This document shows, in pieces, positions 33,058 through 43,751 of a stretch of DNA of 64,000 bases. The notes under the pieces are model-generated. The model was not told the DNA's origin, searched no databases, and was given only the letters and a program-made list of their open reading frames with translations. Within the stretch, counting starts at the first letter, position 1, and each line of letters starts with the position of its first letter. The stretch lies in sequence record NC_055733.1; one strand, given 5' to 3'. Both the position numbers and the translations under genes were made by a program.

Positions 33058-33301
33058 TTCATTTATGGCAGAAGCAGAAGAGAAAGTCCGTGTATCAATC
33101 GAGGGCTTTCTCGATAAGATCTATAACTGCAAAACCGTAGACGGCGTTTGTGAGTTGGAGAAATTCTACTCCAAACGCAAGAAAGAAGTTAACATTAGCG
33201 ATTCGGAAGATATTCAGATTCGCGATGCACTGAGCGGACGCAAGAAAGATATTGAATCTCAAGACAGTGCGGAAGCAGAAGGCAAGAAAGTTGACCTATG
33301 A
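33044..33301 (+). CDS. uvsW.1: UvsW.1
   Basis: FLDKIYNCKTVDGVCELEKFYSKRKKE..DSEDIQIRDAL; synteny. Confidence 0.85.
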   Translation: MKQFDSFMAEAEEKVRVSIEGFLDKIYNCKTVDGVCELEKFYSKRKKEVNISDSEDIQIRDALSGRKKDIESQDSAEAEGKKVDL

Positions 33302-33329
33302 AAAAGGGAGCCATTGGCTCCCTTTTTGT

Positions 33330-33740
33330 TTATTCGCCCGCTTCCAGTTTACGGCAATCTATAATCGCTCGCAGTGAAAAACCACGCTGACGAACGGCTT
33401 CCATTGCTTGGCGACAAAAATCGGCTTTTGCTTGACTGAGTTCTACTGCCGCGTTTTTCTTGATAACGTCCTCGTCACCAGCGATAACAGTTTTTAGTTC
33501 GGTGGGACTGTATACGTCCATGCATACTTCATCCTCACTTCTTCCGGTGTAGAACATAAATCGGTCTCTTAACATCTTTTTGCGCTCGGCATCAAGTCTA
33601 GTGATTTCCCGATTTATGTCGGCGAGATACCGGTTCCACTTACCATACAGAACCGGATTCTCTGCTACCTCAGTTTGAACCGCAGTCAACTTAATTGGCA
33701 AGTCTGCCTTAAGCTCTTCCTTTAGTTCATCAAGAGTCAA
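33330..33740 (-). CDS. uvsY: Recombination mediator UvsY
   Basis: LDELKEELKADL, NPVLYGKW, YTGRSED, QRGFSLRAII. Confidence 0.92.
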   Translation of the reverse strand: MTLDELKEELKADLPIKLTAVQTEVAENPVLYGKWNRYLADINREITRLDAERKKMLRDRFMFYTGRSEDEVCMDVYSPTELKTVIAGDEDVIKKNAAVELSQAKADFCRQAMEAVRQRGFSLRAIIDCRKLEAGE

Positions 33741-33906
33741 AGCAGTTCTACCTCATCGAGATTAAAACTATCGTTGCTCTCATTTACCGAAGATTGTACG
33801 TCTTCTAGGTAACGTTTGCAAACTTCTTTGTGAACTTTTTTACCGTCAACAGTTTCAACTCGATCTGTTGGCAACAGGTGTTGTTTACAAACAGCACACT
33901 TCTCCA
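33737..33906 (-). CDS. uvsY.-2: UvsY.-2-like small Zn-binding protein
   Basis: MEKCAVCKQ...VH..C; synteny. Confidence 0.7.
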
Positions 33907-33908
33907 TT

Positions 33909-34391
33909 TTACACTCCCATTTCTTTGCGAACAAGAGCACCATCAAACATCTTGCCTTGTTCCTGCGCAGCTTTCTTACAAGCTCCCATAACTTGGCCGA
34001 TGTTGGCACCACTCATATTTACAATGATAGCACGAATGTCGGCAGAGTCAAACACTTGCGGCAGATATGCGGTATAAAGCTCACGTTCGATCAAAGCATT
34101 GGTATAACGGATGTCCTGTTTCAGAATGTCCATTACTTCTTGATTGGTCAGATCGTTCGAAATTTGCTTGGTGCGTTTATGCAGTTCCGAGATTGCTTCA
34201 TCCAAGTTCTTAACAAACTTACGAATAACAGCTTGTACCTGTTCATCGGTAACAGTTGCATTACCAGCTGGAGACGATTCGCCGATAAGAGTGGTCAGCG
34301 CATTGATTTTCAGTTTACCGACTTCGGTAATACGTTCTTCGGATTTCCGCAGCGCGATTTGATCTTTTTTCAGTTGTTCAAGCAGAGACAT
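33909..34391 (-). CDS. GatB/YqeY-domain protein
   Basis: LKKDQIALRK..LTTLIGE..DEQVQAVIRK..E..LYTAYLPQ..NIGQVMG. Confidence 0.8.
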   Translation of the reverse strand: MSLLEQLKKDQIALRKSEERITEVGKLKINALTTLIGESSPAGNATVTDEQVQAVIRKFVKNLDEAISELHKRTKQISNDLTNQEVMDILKQDIRYTNALIERELYTAYLPQVFDSADIRAIIVNMSGANIGQVMGACKKAAQEQGKMFDGALVRKEMGV

Positions 34392-34418
34392 TATTTTTCC
34401 TTATAGGGCCTTAGCCCC

Positions 34419-35783
34419 TTAGCAATATATTACCCATTTCTGGGCGCGTGTGCAACCAACATATCCGAGTTGCGTTTGGATTTCAAATTGAGCGAAATTC
34501 ATATCACCGGTATAAACACAAACACCGATAACAGTCGTTCCCTGACTCTTGTGGAAAGTCGATGCGCCTAAGCTCTTGGTATTAACGAACATCCCTTTTA
34601 CTTGCCAGAAAGCTTCCCAGAGTCTGGAAGTAGCTTTGCCACTACCCATCTGTTTGTACTGACTAGCAGCATAGGACAACGCTTCATCCAATAGGACTTG
34701 GCTACTTGCATCCCATACAACAGAGATTTCTACCTCTTTGTCGCTATCAACGCCTTCAGTAACATCGGTTTCCTGGCGCTCTACCAACATTGTTGCGACT
34801 TCGATTTGAATTGGATCAACATACGGCAAGCTGATATATTTCAGTTGACGCTTGATTGATCCTGGGATAATCTTAACAGTTTCGCCGTTGTTTAGCAACG
34901 TCTCCGTGAAAGTTTCTCCACCAATCTCTTCTTCTCGCATAACAGGTTCTTGCATTACCAGATATTCGTTATCAACGAATGGATCGGTAGTCTTGTAAAC
35001 GTGTTTTCGGATCACACGGTTGAAGCTGTTTACAACGTCGTTAGTATAAGCCAACATACGGTAGTTTAACAAGTCTTCTGGCGTTTTTACCTTTGACAGA
35101 TAGATTTGCATCATCTTTGCAATCGTTTTTACATCAAGTACACCGGTTCCCGTTGCTTTGTCCCAATTCGTCTCGAACCAGCCACCGTTACGGATCTTAG
35201 TCGCAACTTGAATAATCGGGTTACCAGCTTGTTGACGAACAACAGTTTTCAGCTCTGCCAAACGGAAACGCTTGTCGGTAAAGAAAGGACTAATCTCTCC
35301 CGGCGCGTGTCGAACTGGCTGAATCTGGTGTTTGTCACCGATAGCGATAATCTGACAAAACGGATGCACAGATTTCAGAAGAATTTCAAACAGATCGTTA
35401 TCTACCATACTCGCTTCATCAACGATCAGGTACTGAACGGCTTTGAGATCTTCCTTTGCTTTATCGCTTTTTGATTGTTTGAATTCCCGAACATCTTCAT
35501 ATGTATCTGGATGAATCTTCAATACACTATGAATCGTGCTTGCGGTGAATCCGCTCATTTTGCTAAGAACGATCTTGGCTTGGTGAGTTGGGGCACATGT
35601 TATTACAGCGCCGTTATTCAGGTCAAGCAATTTTTGAATCAGAATCTTAGTCAAAAATGACTTACCGCTACCTGCAGGACCAGAAATCGTGATATGTTTC
35701 TTGTCTGTTAAAACTGCATCAATAGCAGCTTTCTGGCAGTCGGTAAGAATAATTTTAGCTAATAGGCTCGCTGCCTCGCTCAT
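34419..35783 (-). CDS. dda: Dda SF1B DNA helicase
   Basis: GPAGSGKS, APTHQAK, VDEASMV, GDKHQIQPV, TFHKSQG. Confidence 0.94.
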   Translation of the reverse strand: MSEAASLLAKIILTDCQKAAIDAVLTDKKHITISGPAGSGKSFLTKILIQKLLDLNNGAVITCAPTHQAKIVLSKMSGFTASTIHSVLKIHPDTYEDVREFKQSKSDKAKEDLKAVQYLIVDEASMVDNDLFEILLKSVHPFCQIIAIGDKHQIQPVRHAPGEISPFFTDKRFRLAELKTVVRQQAGNPIIQVATKIRNGGWFETNWDKATGTGVLDVKTIAKMMQIYLSKVKTPEDLLNYRMLAYTNDVVNSFNRVIRKHVYKTTDPFVDNEYLVMQEPVMREEEIGGETFTETLLNNGETVKIIPGSIKRQLKYISLPYVDPIQIEVATMLVERQETDVTEGVDSDKEVEISVVWDASSQVLLDEALSYAASQYKQMGSGKATSRLWEAFWQVKGMFVNTKSLGASTFHKSQGTTVIGVCVYTGDMNFAQFEIQTQLGYVGCTRAQKWVIYC

Positions 35784-35785
35784 TG

Positions 35786-36115
35786 TTACTCCTCAAAGAA
35801 TGATTCAACTACCTCTTGTTCGAGATTTTGAATACAAAAATATGTCTGACCGTTAATGTCAAACGTGAACGGATTAAACTCGTTTTCGATATGAGTTACC
35901 CAAATGTCACCAACTGTCAATCCCAGAAGTTTGGATCCGTGTTTTCCTTCTAGTGAATCCCGCATTACACCAATCAGGGATTTGAGTTGAATCATACCAT
36001 CTTCCATTTCGTCGTCGCTCACATGAACAACGATAGGGAAGTTACCGACGTCTTCAACGATACCAGACAGCAGTTGGCGACGCAGATTGTAAGCAAACAA
36101 CAGACTGTTTTTCAT
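35786..36115 (-). CDS. Hypothetical protein
   Basis: 109-aa ORF with a GAGGA RBS. Confidence 0.65.
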   Translation of the reverse strand: MKNSLLFAYNLRRQLLSGIVEDVGNFPIVVHVSDDEMEDGMIQLKSLIGVMRDSLEGKHGSKLLGLTVGDIWVTHIENEFNPFTFDINGQTYFCIQNLEQEVVESFFEE

Positions 36116-36159
36116 GATGAAATCCTCTAAATAAGCAATATAACGTAAGGAGTTAAAAA

Positions 36160-38099
36160 ATGAGTATCAAAGAAATGTTAATGACCGAGCATCGCCCGTT
36201 CCATACACTTCTACAAAAACAAACAAAAACTCACTGTCCAACGATCTATGGACTTTCTCAGTTGGTCCCAAAACCCTAGGTGTGAAAGCAAATAGTATGC
36301 GAACAACCGGATTGGCTACCTACAAGAAGTCAGCTCTACCGTCAGTATTTCACATGTTCGAAATCGAGTCAAGTGGTAAAACAACAAGGAACATCAAATC
36401 TATTCCTAAGCCGCTTAACGCAATTGCTACCGTTGCTGAGATTATAGCAAACGAAACTCACGAAAACAAGCTTAATGATGTTGTTATTTTCCGTGTTCCG
36501 TCCAGCATGGGCAAAGCGGAAAGCGTTAGTGCTATCGTAACACGATATGTCAAAAAGAGTGGTGTTCCGTTTGAGCCGAAGGGAGTAATCAACGTAGGCG
36601 AAAAAGGTTTCAACTACATTTTCATGACTCGCAAGGGCAAAAATCCAACAGTTGCTCAGGTGTTTGGCATCAAAGACGACGAGGTGATTACACTTGCCGA
36701 CTTGTCTGCTAACGAATCAACTATGGAAAAGATTGTAACTAAACTTGAGCCACAAATCAAGCGTCAAGTTCCTTCAATGATCAAAGTTTCTGAAATCGTT
36801 GGCGGTAGCGATGTTCCGGAAAACGCAGCCAAGTTTATCAAAGATAATCCACCTGTGTTGGGTAACGTGGATGTTAGCAAGAAACCAGAATTTAAAGTTG
36901 CGGACCTGTTTGCTAAGTATGAACTTGATTCAAGTAATGTGTTTATGTCATCAACTAACCCAACCGGTGATCGCCCAGCGAAAACAAGCAATATCGCGGG
37001 TATTATTTCCATGAACTCTATGGCAGATAGCGTTGAAGCCAAACGGCTTGCAGCACAGATTGGTGAAATGAATATCACCATGAAAGACTTCTTGGAAAAC
37101 AGCGATAAAATGACGAATCTGAAAAAGTTCATCGAGGAAGAAATCACCGGTAATGCTACCGAGACTGAAAATATTGTACAGGCAGTATTTACTCACGGAA
37201 TCGTTGAATCTATTTCGGATAAGATTACAGGGGCATACGCGAGCTTCCGTCCTACTTATATTGCAAAGGAAGATGTTGCTATTATTGAGCGTTATTGCGG
37301 CTCAGGATATTCTCAAATTAATAACCAGCTCATTCACGGACTTGTTACTCCTGCTGCTACCGAGTGGATCAAGAAACTTGATGAAGCGTTTGAACGTTCT
37401 GGCGTTCGCGTGAATCCGGAGCTTACAGTCTATCGTGGTAGTAAGCTGCCTAGCTCGGAAGTCTTTGATATCACGGTTGGCAAGCTTTTCCACTTTAGAG
37501 CGTTTGTTAGTACGTCATTGAACCCCAGAACTGGATTTAGTTTTGGTGGTAACGACAAACACGATATTGCCAGAGTATTGATTAGCACAAATCGAAGAGA
37601 CAAGATCGATGATACCGAGCCTATGCAAGATCCAATGATTGCTGCATTTATGATCAGCGGACTCGATAAGATTCCTGTTATTATTCCAGGTGATTATAGT
37701 CCATATGAAAGAGAATGTGAAGTTGTTTTGCCTCGTGGCACCACTATTCGAATCGAAGATATGGCAACAGCGAACTTTAATAAGTTCACAAAGACACTTA
37801 CCAATATTCTTTTCGTTTGTAAGGGTGTCGCACCGTCAGAAGTAAGCATTAATGAAGTCGTTTATGACGGCGATGAATTCATGAATACCGGAAGACTGGT
37901 AGAATTCTCTCGATTCTCAGATCAGCAAAATGAATTGGTAGAAGCTAAGAAGAAAGCAGACAAAGCAGATAGCAAAGTAAAAGCCGCTATGTTGTTCACT
38001 GCCGCTGTTAACAGCGAGTCATTCACCAAGCAAATGAGCAAGAAAGAGAAAGATGAAATGAAACGAATCGCGGACAAATACTGCGGGTCTATTATGTGA
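36160..38099 (+). CDS. alt: Alt-like virion ADP-ribosyltransferase (1-nt deletion near 36188)
   Basis: YCGSGYSQIN, TVYRG, FVSTS, ERECEVVLPRG (R-S-E ART motifs); late promoter; repaired start MSIKEMLMTEASPV. Confidence 0.88.
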
Positions 38100-38127
38100 A
38101 AAAGGGAGCCGATGGCTCCCTTTATTT

Positions 38128-39615
38128 TTATCCGAAAAACTTCTTGATTGTCTTTTCATCGAATGCATGTTCGACGTTATTGGCTTCGTCTTTGTCGATG
38201 CGACGATGTTTGATAATCGGCAGGAAGAAACTGACTTCCTTCTTGTTTTTCTTGTTGCGTGTCAAGCCGTTACACTCGATTTCCCAGATTGAGCCAATCA
38301 GTTCATCGGCAATACTCATGAGATATTCACGATCCAGATAGTCGCGCTCATGCAGAGGAATAGGAATCCACTGCTTGGTCTTCTTATCTTTGACTTGAGT
38401 TGTATCGGTAAAACCGGAGCCACAGTTACAGCGAACTTTACCGTCGGCAGTCTCGATTGTGAATCCGCCAACTTTGTTCGGATCTTTTTCGTGCGGATAC
38501 AAAGCGACCACACGAACGTCAACACGAATTTTTTCTTTGAACTTAACCTGATCTTTGCTACGAGTATTCTTCCACATGTTCAGTCCACATTTCAGAATGA
38601 TACCTTCGTAACCAAGTTCACGATAACGCTGGTATACTGCTTTGGCGTCGGCCAGAGTGCTTACCTTAGTCTGCTCGATGATCTCCACACGGAAGCTATC
38701 ACAACGCGATACAAACGCTTCCAGCATTTCCCTACGCTTCTCAAAGTAGAAGTCTTTAGGACAATCACGCTGACCGTAATAAACATCACGCGGGATAATG
38801 TCCCATACTTGATATACAATACAATCGGCTTCGTCAACCGTGATTGAGTTTTTCAGGCTCTTGTTTACGATGCCGTTACCCTCTTCACGGTCCGATACAT
38901 CTTCGGATTTGTCAAAATCGTCGGAATCGTCTTCCATGAGTGCGCTAAGACCAGTCGAGACTGATTTTTGTTTTCGATACACCAACTCGCCGTCGATTAC
39001 CCAGTTTTGCATACCGGATTTCTTGATTGCTTCTTTCAGCTTATCCAGACCCATGTATTCGTTGCCAGCACGGGAATACATAGTGATAGAGTCGGTATCG
39101 GCGTCGATATCGGTAAAGCAACGAGCACCATCTGCTTTCAATTCTGCAATAGCGTGGCCGCGATTGATAATAGCCATAGAAAGCTTATCATCTTCTGGTT
39201 GTGCAAGCATTTGCGGCTGTTTTGGACACAGATCTGCCCATACTTTATTCGCGATTGTTGCACCGATGCCGATTTCGAGATCGCGAAACATAACGCGACG
39301 AATAACCTCATAATCATGAGCATTACCCATGGACAACGCTTTCGCTAGTTCAGCAACAGCGGTACCGCCAGTGAGTGCGCGAGTTACCAGATAGGTTTCC
39401 ATGAATGTCAGAGTTGCGATGATATCAGTCTTGTTATGAAAATCAACAACAACTGGAAAAGTCTTCTTGTTTATGCCAAAGTTAATTTGCTTGTTGTAAG
39501 CGAACTTAAAACAAGTGCTCAAACCTGGAACATTTTTGTGATACTCCACGATTTGTTGCTTTTTGTTGGTTGAATCTTCGGCAGCAATCACTTTCAAAAT
39601 GTCTAATACGAACAT
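38128..39615 (-). CDS. 30: ATP-dependent DNA ligase gp30
   Basis: ELKADGAR, IDGELV, VWDIIP, GYEGIILK, FFLPII. Confidence 0.96.
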   Translation of the reverse strand: MFVLDILKVIAAEDSTNKKQQIVEYHKNVPGLSTCFKFAYNKQINFGINKKTFPVVVDFHNKTDIIATLTFMETYLVTRALTGGTAVAELAKALSMGNAHDYEVIRRVMFRDLEIGIGATIANKVWADLCPKQPQMLAQPEDDKLSMAIINRGHAIAELKADGARCFTDIDADTDSITMYSRAGNEYMGLDKLKEAIKKSGMQNWVIDGELVYRKQKSVSTGLSALMEDDSDDFDKSEDVSDREEGNGIVNKSLKNSITVDEADCIVYQVWDIIPRDVYYGQRDCPKDFYFEKRREMLEAFVSRCDSFRVEIIEQTKVSTLADAKAVYQRYRELGYEGIILKCGLNMWKNTRSKDQVKFKEKIRVDVRVVALYPHEKDPNKVGGFTIETADGKVRCNCGSGFTDTTQVKDKKTKQWIPIPLHERDYLDREYLMSIADELIGSIWEIECNGLTRNKKNKKEVSFFLPIIKHRRIDKDEANNVEHAFDEKTIKKFFG

Positions 39616-39631
39616 ATAAACCCTCTTTAAA

Positions 39632-39668
39632 TGTGGCACCATTATATCATAGTGCCACACGTTGTCAA
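39632..39668 (-). promoter_or_regulatory. Sigma70-type promoter for g30 with the -10 inside an 8-bp inverted repeat
   Basis: TTGACA-16-TATAAT; TGTGGCAC/GTGCCACA arms. Confidence 0.8.
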
Positions 39669-40033
39669 TGAATAATCAGATCGCCACAAGCAACATTACA
39701 TTTGCCGCTTTTGCCTTTAACTCGAACGTCGCCACATTCTACAGTCAAGCGACCAACGTCACCACCAATCACAACGTCACCCGCATCAACATCGCAGTTA
39801 ATAACATCGCCTTTAATTTCAACATCACCGGTACCAACTTCCAGTTTGTCAACGTTGCCGACAATCTGAATCACAAGCTTAGAGCTGTTTTCTACTTCTT
39901 CGCCGTCTACCATGACTTTGCCGCCAACGATATCGACATTCTTACCGGCCAGAACTTTTCCGTTAACGGTAATGTTCACGCTGTTTTTTGCAAACATTCT
40001 CGCTTTGTTGCGAAATGCATCCAAAAATCCCAT
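39665..40033 (-). CDS. Beta-helix/solenoid-repeat protein
   Basis: Repeating V-x-x-G-D-V-x-I-x-G-D-V pattern; start moved to MGFLDAF. Confidence 0.65.
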   Translation of the reverse strand: MGFLDAFRNKARMFAKNSVNITVNGKVLAGKNVDIVGGKVMVDGEEVENSSKLVIQIVGNVDKLEVGTGDVEIKGDVINCDVDAGDVVIGGDVGRLTVECGDVRVKGKSGKCNVACGDLIIH

Positions 40034-40034
40034 A

Positions 40035-40433
40035 TTAACTCCTAAAACTTCTAGCGGTTGCAATTTTGTGACAGATGATTTCCAGATCACCCTCTGGATA
40101 AACAGTATGACCGTTTTTGATAGCAGCTTTGAATTGGCCAATCGTCTCTTCCATTTTAGCAGTCGGCACAGTCGCAACGGCGGTAATCGCGTGATTTAAG
40201 CCAGGCTCACTAAAGCTACGCATACCGTTACCGAACATGCCATATTTGATTACGAGAGATTTTAGATCATCATGATCACCGCCGTCAAGCAAAACAAGAG
40301 TCTCATGATCTCTTGCCCACATAACAACATCAAACTCGGGATTGACCATCATTCTGGTAACGGCGTGTGCTGCTTGAATACCAGCTTGTTTATCGCCTAA
40401 GTAGCGATTGATAAACACATAACACTTTTTCAT
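40035..40433 (-). CDS. Peptidyl-tRNA hydrolase 2 (Pth2)-like protein
   Basis: GIQAAHA, W...ETLVLL, FSEPGL..AITAVA. Confidence 0.65.
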   Translation of the reverse strand: MKKCYVFINRYLGDKQAGIQAAHAVTRMMVNPEFDVVMWARDHETLVLLDGGDHDDLKSLVIKYGMFGNGMRSFSEPGLNHAITAVATVPTAKMEETIGQFKAAIKNGHTVYPEGDLEIICHKIATARSFRS

Positions 40434-40825
40434 CGAAAATCAGTTTCCTCGTACTGCCAGTTCATTTTAGCGTAGAATTTGCCACCGTTGGAAAAAGTAT
40501 ATTCAACAACAAAGTCCCGATTTGGCAGAGTTTCAACAATACGACGGGTGCAGTTCATACACTTGACAACCTTAGAATCACTCCAAGCTGGCATTTTCCA
40601 GCGAGGTGCTTCTTTCACAAATTGAACTTCATATTCTTTGTCGAGTTCAATTGTTGGAATCTCATATACTCGAACGGATACGTCACATACCTTAACGACG
40701 ATACCGAATCCGTTGTCACTATGAACTACCAGATCCCCTGCTTTCATTTCGTTGCCGAAAACGTCCTCATGTTTGCCGAATGCATAAACGCGACGCCCAT
40801 TTTCAACTTTTATTACCGAAGGCAT
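40430..40825 (-). CDS. Hypothetical SH3/KOW-like protein
   Basis: DVFGNEMKAGDLVV motif shared with the next ORF. Confidence 0.6.
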   Translation of the reverse strand: MPSVIKVENGRRVYAFGKHEDVFGNEMKAGDLVVHSDNGFGIVVKVCDVSVRVYEIPTIELDKEYEVQFVKEAPRWKMPAWSDSKVVKCMNCTRRIVETLPNRDFVVEYTFSNGGKFYAKMNWQYEETDFR

Positions 40826-41136
40826 GACAAGTATTCCTCTTTTATGTTAACATTTTTAATGATTGTGTTTTGAATCGTGTCCACTATGTTACAAGTATTC
40901 AAGTTTGTTTTGTAAAACAAGAACGTGTTTGTTACAAACACAGAGGAACAAGGCACTTCAATTCCGTTTGAAGTAATGTCGGTAAACGTCATTTCATGAC
41001 CGTCTGATTTTACAGCAGGAATAATTCTGCATTTATCGTTCGCAACTGTAACGGCCAAGCAGATTTTCGTGCCACTTCCGCTATTGTAAATCACAACCGA
41101 CCCACGACGAACTATATTACCGAACATATCTTTCAT
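40813..41136 (-). CDS. Hypothetical SH3/KOW-like protein
   Basis: MKDMFGNIVRRGSVVI. Confidence 0.6.
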   Translation of the reverse strand: MKDMFGNIVRRGSVVIYNSGSGTKICLAVTVANDKCRIIPAVKSDGHEMTFTDITSNGIEVPCSSVFVTNTFLFYKTNLNTCNIVDTIQNTIIKNVNIKEEYLSCLR

Positions 41137-41138
41137 GA

Positions 41139-41843
41139 TTATACCTCGTACACCGCTTTTGCGATCTGTTCCCAACTACAAACATTATGCTTGTTAGTCA
41201 TAGAAGAGTCAAGCTTTTTATTGCTACCACGAAGAATATGGAATTTCAGCTTTTTGGAATCAAAAACCCGATGAAATGATTCCAAATGATGATGAAGATC
41301 ATCAACGTAGCCAACGACGTTTTCCTCGCCATATCGTTCTTTAACATGGCGGAACATATTACTTTTGGACTCGTTGTGATCGCATGTCAAGATCTCTTTA
41401 AACGCATTCGGAAACAGCACGTTCAGATTTGACATTCGATTGACGCTAACTTGGAAGTCAGACCCAATAGCGGTAGTAGCGACGAAATCAAAGTCCTTTT
41501 TGAGACGATTTACCCACAACAGAGCATCGTCATATGCTTTAAGTCCACGGAACCACTTAGAATTGTTGTACATCCGAATCAGATTTTCACCGTGTTCTTG
41601 ATTGCACTGAAAGATCTCTCCGGCTTTGCGGAATCGTTCATCGATAATCAGATCGATTACAACATCGGTAGGAATATTGTATTCAGCGCAGAAGAACGGC
41701 AGATTCGACGCCCATGACAACAATACACCGTCAACGTCCGTAACGATAATCTTTTTCTTAGGCGATAAGATCGTATCTAGGTTTAAGGAACCGTACATCT
41801 TGTCCTGTTGTTGAGTTTGAGACTGGATTGCCAAGTCTGTCAT
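41139..41843 (-). CDS. 30.2: HAD-family phosphatase, T4 30.2-like
   Basis: IVTDVDGVLLSW, YVDD; position after g30; start uncertain. Confidence 0.8.
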   Translation of the reverse strand: MTDLAIQSQTQQQDKMYGSLNLDTILSPKKKIIVTDVDGVLLSWASNLPFFCAEYNIPTDVVIDLIIDERFRKAGEIFQCNQEHGENLIRMYNNSKWFRGLKAYDDALLWVNRLKKDFDFVATTAIGSDFQVSVNRMSNLNVLFPNAFKEILTCDHNESKSNMFRHVKERYGEENVVGYVDDLHHHLESFHRVFDSKKLKFHILRGSNKKLDSSMTNKHNVCSWEQIAKAVYEV

Positions 41844-41996
41844 AAGTAACCACCATAGTTGATTGTAAAGTGAAATAAGTAACGATGATATAATCGTTGG
41901 TATAGAGCGCAGTTTCACCACACTCATGTTTGCCTTGTTGATATGATTGGTACTCGAAACCACTAACCCAGTTTCCGTTCACTCGATAATGAGATT

Positions 41997-42338
41997 TCAG
42001 CGTCGGTGGCATTTGTAAACGCTCCGTTTGTTACCGTGCGTGGCCCAGAACGGAACTTCTTGTTCGAGTTTGCAACTGAATTCGCGAGCTGGCTCATACA
42101 TCAGATGATCTAACATCGCGAGAGAATCAGAGATAACAATCCGCATTTTCATTTTCTTATCTTCTTCGGCCGAACGAAGTTCTTCGATTTGATTCAAAAC
42201 GTCTTCCTCTGTGATTTCAAGACCAATGAAAGCTTTCTTTAGATCTTCGTTCTCGGTAAGAATGCGGACCAGTTCAGCGCGCATTCCGATTCTTTCACTA
42301 CCGCCAATAATAGCGACCTTAATCGGTTCAGACGACAT
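41997..42338 (-). CDS. Hypothetical protein
   Basis: GAGGA RBS; start overlaps the 3' end of 30.3 by ~100 nt. Confidence 0.6.
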   Translation of the reverse strand: MSSEPIKVAIIGGSERIGMRAELVRILTENEDLKKAFIGLEITEEDVLNQIEELRSAEEDKKMKMRIVISDSLAMLDHLMYEPAREFSCKLEQEVPFWATHGNKRSVYKCHRR

Positions 42339-42751
42339 AAAAATTCCTCTACGGTCAAGATTGTTCTAAAAGAGTCCGTGTTTCCAATGCTATGCATCAG
42401 AACGTGGTTTCTTGAGTCATACAACGCTTGTTTAAAAGCGTCTGATTGCTCACATAGCTCATAAAATGCATTATCCAATAATGCTTGATAAGCGTCAGAA
42501 TGGCGATTGAATGGAACACCCTTCCAATACAGAGTTTGATCGTTGTACCATTTCTTCTTGGCACCACGAAACTTAGCTGACGCACCACACATACTAGCTA
42601 CTTTTATTTGTTTGTCAACATCTTTAAACTTGAGGGACTGCAATAGTCCCTCCATTCCGCCACATTTCACGCCGTCAAAGATGAATGAATTACTTGCCAA
42701 GTTCGAAAGTACGTTCGCCGGATATGGCGATGTGATATGAATATCTAACAT
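42239..42751 (-). CDS. 30.3: NADAR-family protein, T4 30.3-like
   Basis: YPANVLSNLA..FIFDGV..MEGLLQSLK, TLYWKG, LMHSIG..TILTVEEF. Confidence 0.82.
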   Translation of the reverse strand: MLDIHITSPYPANVLSNLASNSFIFDGVKCGGMEGLLQSLKFKDVDKQIKVASMCGASAKFRGAKKKWYNDQTLYWKGVPFNRHSDAYQALLDNAFYELCEQSDAFKQALYDSRNHVLMHSIGNTDSFRTILTVEEFLCRLNRLRSLLLAVVKESECALNWSAFLPRTKI

Positions 42752-42918
42752 GTTAGCTCGCTATACAACAGCTTGGTTCGCTCGTTGGCCTGTTTCAAAA
42801 GCTTAGACAATGCATCCATGCTCATTCGTGGCTGAATAACGCCAGAACGTCTCTGGCGTCTTCTGGCGTGACGTTCTACGTCTTTCATTAGTCTAGCCAA
42901 CTTAGTCGTATCGTTCAT
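42745..42918 (-). CDS. Small basic hypothetical protein (57 aa, not in the track)
   Basis: Hand-translated MNDTTKLARLMKDVERHARRRQRRSG...; coupled at both ends. Confidence 0.6.
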   Translation of the reverse strand: MNDTTKLARLMKDVERHARRRQRRSGVIQPRMSMDALSKLLKQANERTKLLYSELTC

Positions 42919-43470
42919 TACTTGATCTCGATGATTTCCACCGGTTTACGCTCTCGTCCGAGACGTCCGAGTGTCTGTTCCAGGTTGTAGGTACGCCCGG
43001 CGGCTACGTCATCTTGTGCAATGCCGATCAGTTGCACCAACCGCTTTTGCTTCACGCTCGTTGTGTAGCTTGTCTGCTAGTTCTTCGAAACCGATACGCT
43101 CCTCACCAACACAGATTACCGCTGTGCCTTTGACGACGCCATAATCAACACCGATAGCTGGACTCAGAACCATTTCATAATCCTCGCTTTCAATGTCGCC
43201 ATCATATTCACAGGTATAAACCGGAACATCTGGGTATTTCAAAAGCATTTGAGCGAATTCATGTGTGGTCATTTGCTTCTCAATCGGAGCGATGATTTCA
43301 TAAACTGTATTACGTGTGCGGAACCAACCCTGTCCAATCTCTTGAACGGTTGATGTCATGACTTCGGTACCATTGGAAAAACGACCAGCTTTATCAGCGT
43401 AGATTTTACCACTTGCGCGATAACCAACACGCGGAATGGAGTCAATCACAATCTTAGCGTCAAAATTCAT
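42918..43470 (-). CDS. Two-domain hypothetical protein (probable indel near 43046)
   Basis: The +1 frame continues RLVQLIGIAQDDVAAGRTYNLE... to a stop abutting the next start. Confidence 0.55.
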
Positions 43471-43474
43471 TTCA

Positions 43475-43681
43475 TTACCTCATTAACTTGTGGTACTTCA
43501 TCAAGTGAGTACCGAATGTGTCTTGTATCCCTATGTAACATGTCAGTCCATAGAAGATCATGCCATACCCGAGAAAGAAAACTGTTTCATAATCGAGTTG
43601 TTTGTAATAACTGATACCTATCATAGCATTTACCAGAGCGAAATCAATAGAAAATGCTAAAATAATTGCCAACGCTTTCAT
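43475..43681 (-). CDS. Small two-TM membrane protein
   Basis: Two hydrophobic segments. Confidence 0.6.
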   Translation of the reverse strand: MKALAIILAFSIDFALVNAMIGISYYKQLDYETVFFLGYGMIFYGLTCYIGIQDTFGTHLMKYHKLMR

Positions 43682-43751
43682 ATTTTCACCATAAAAATGG
43701 GGACAATCTTTCGACTGTCCCCATTTTACTAAACTTGATTTACAAAGTCAA

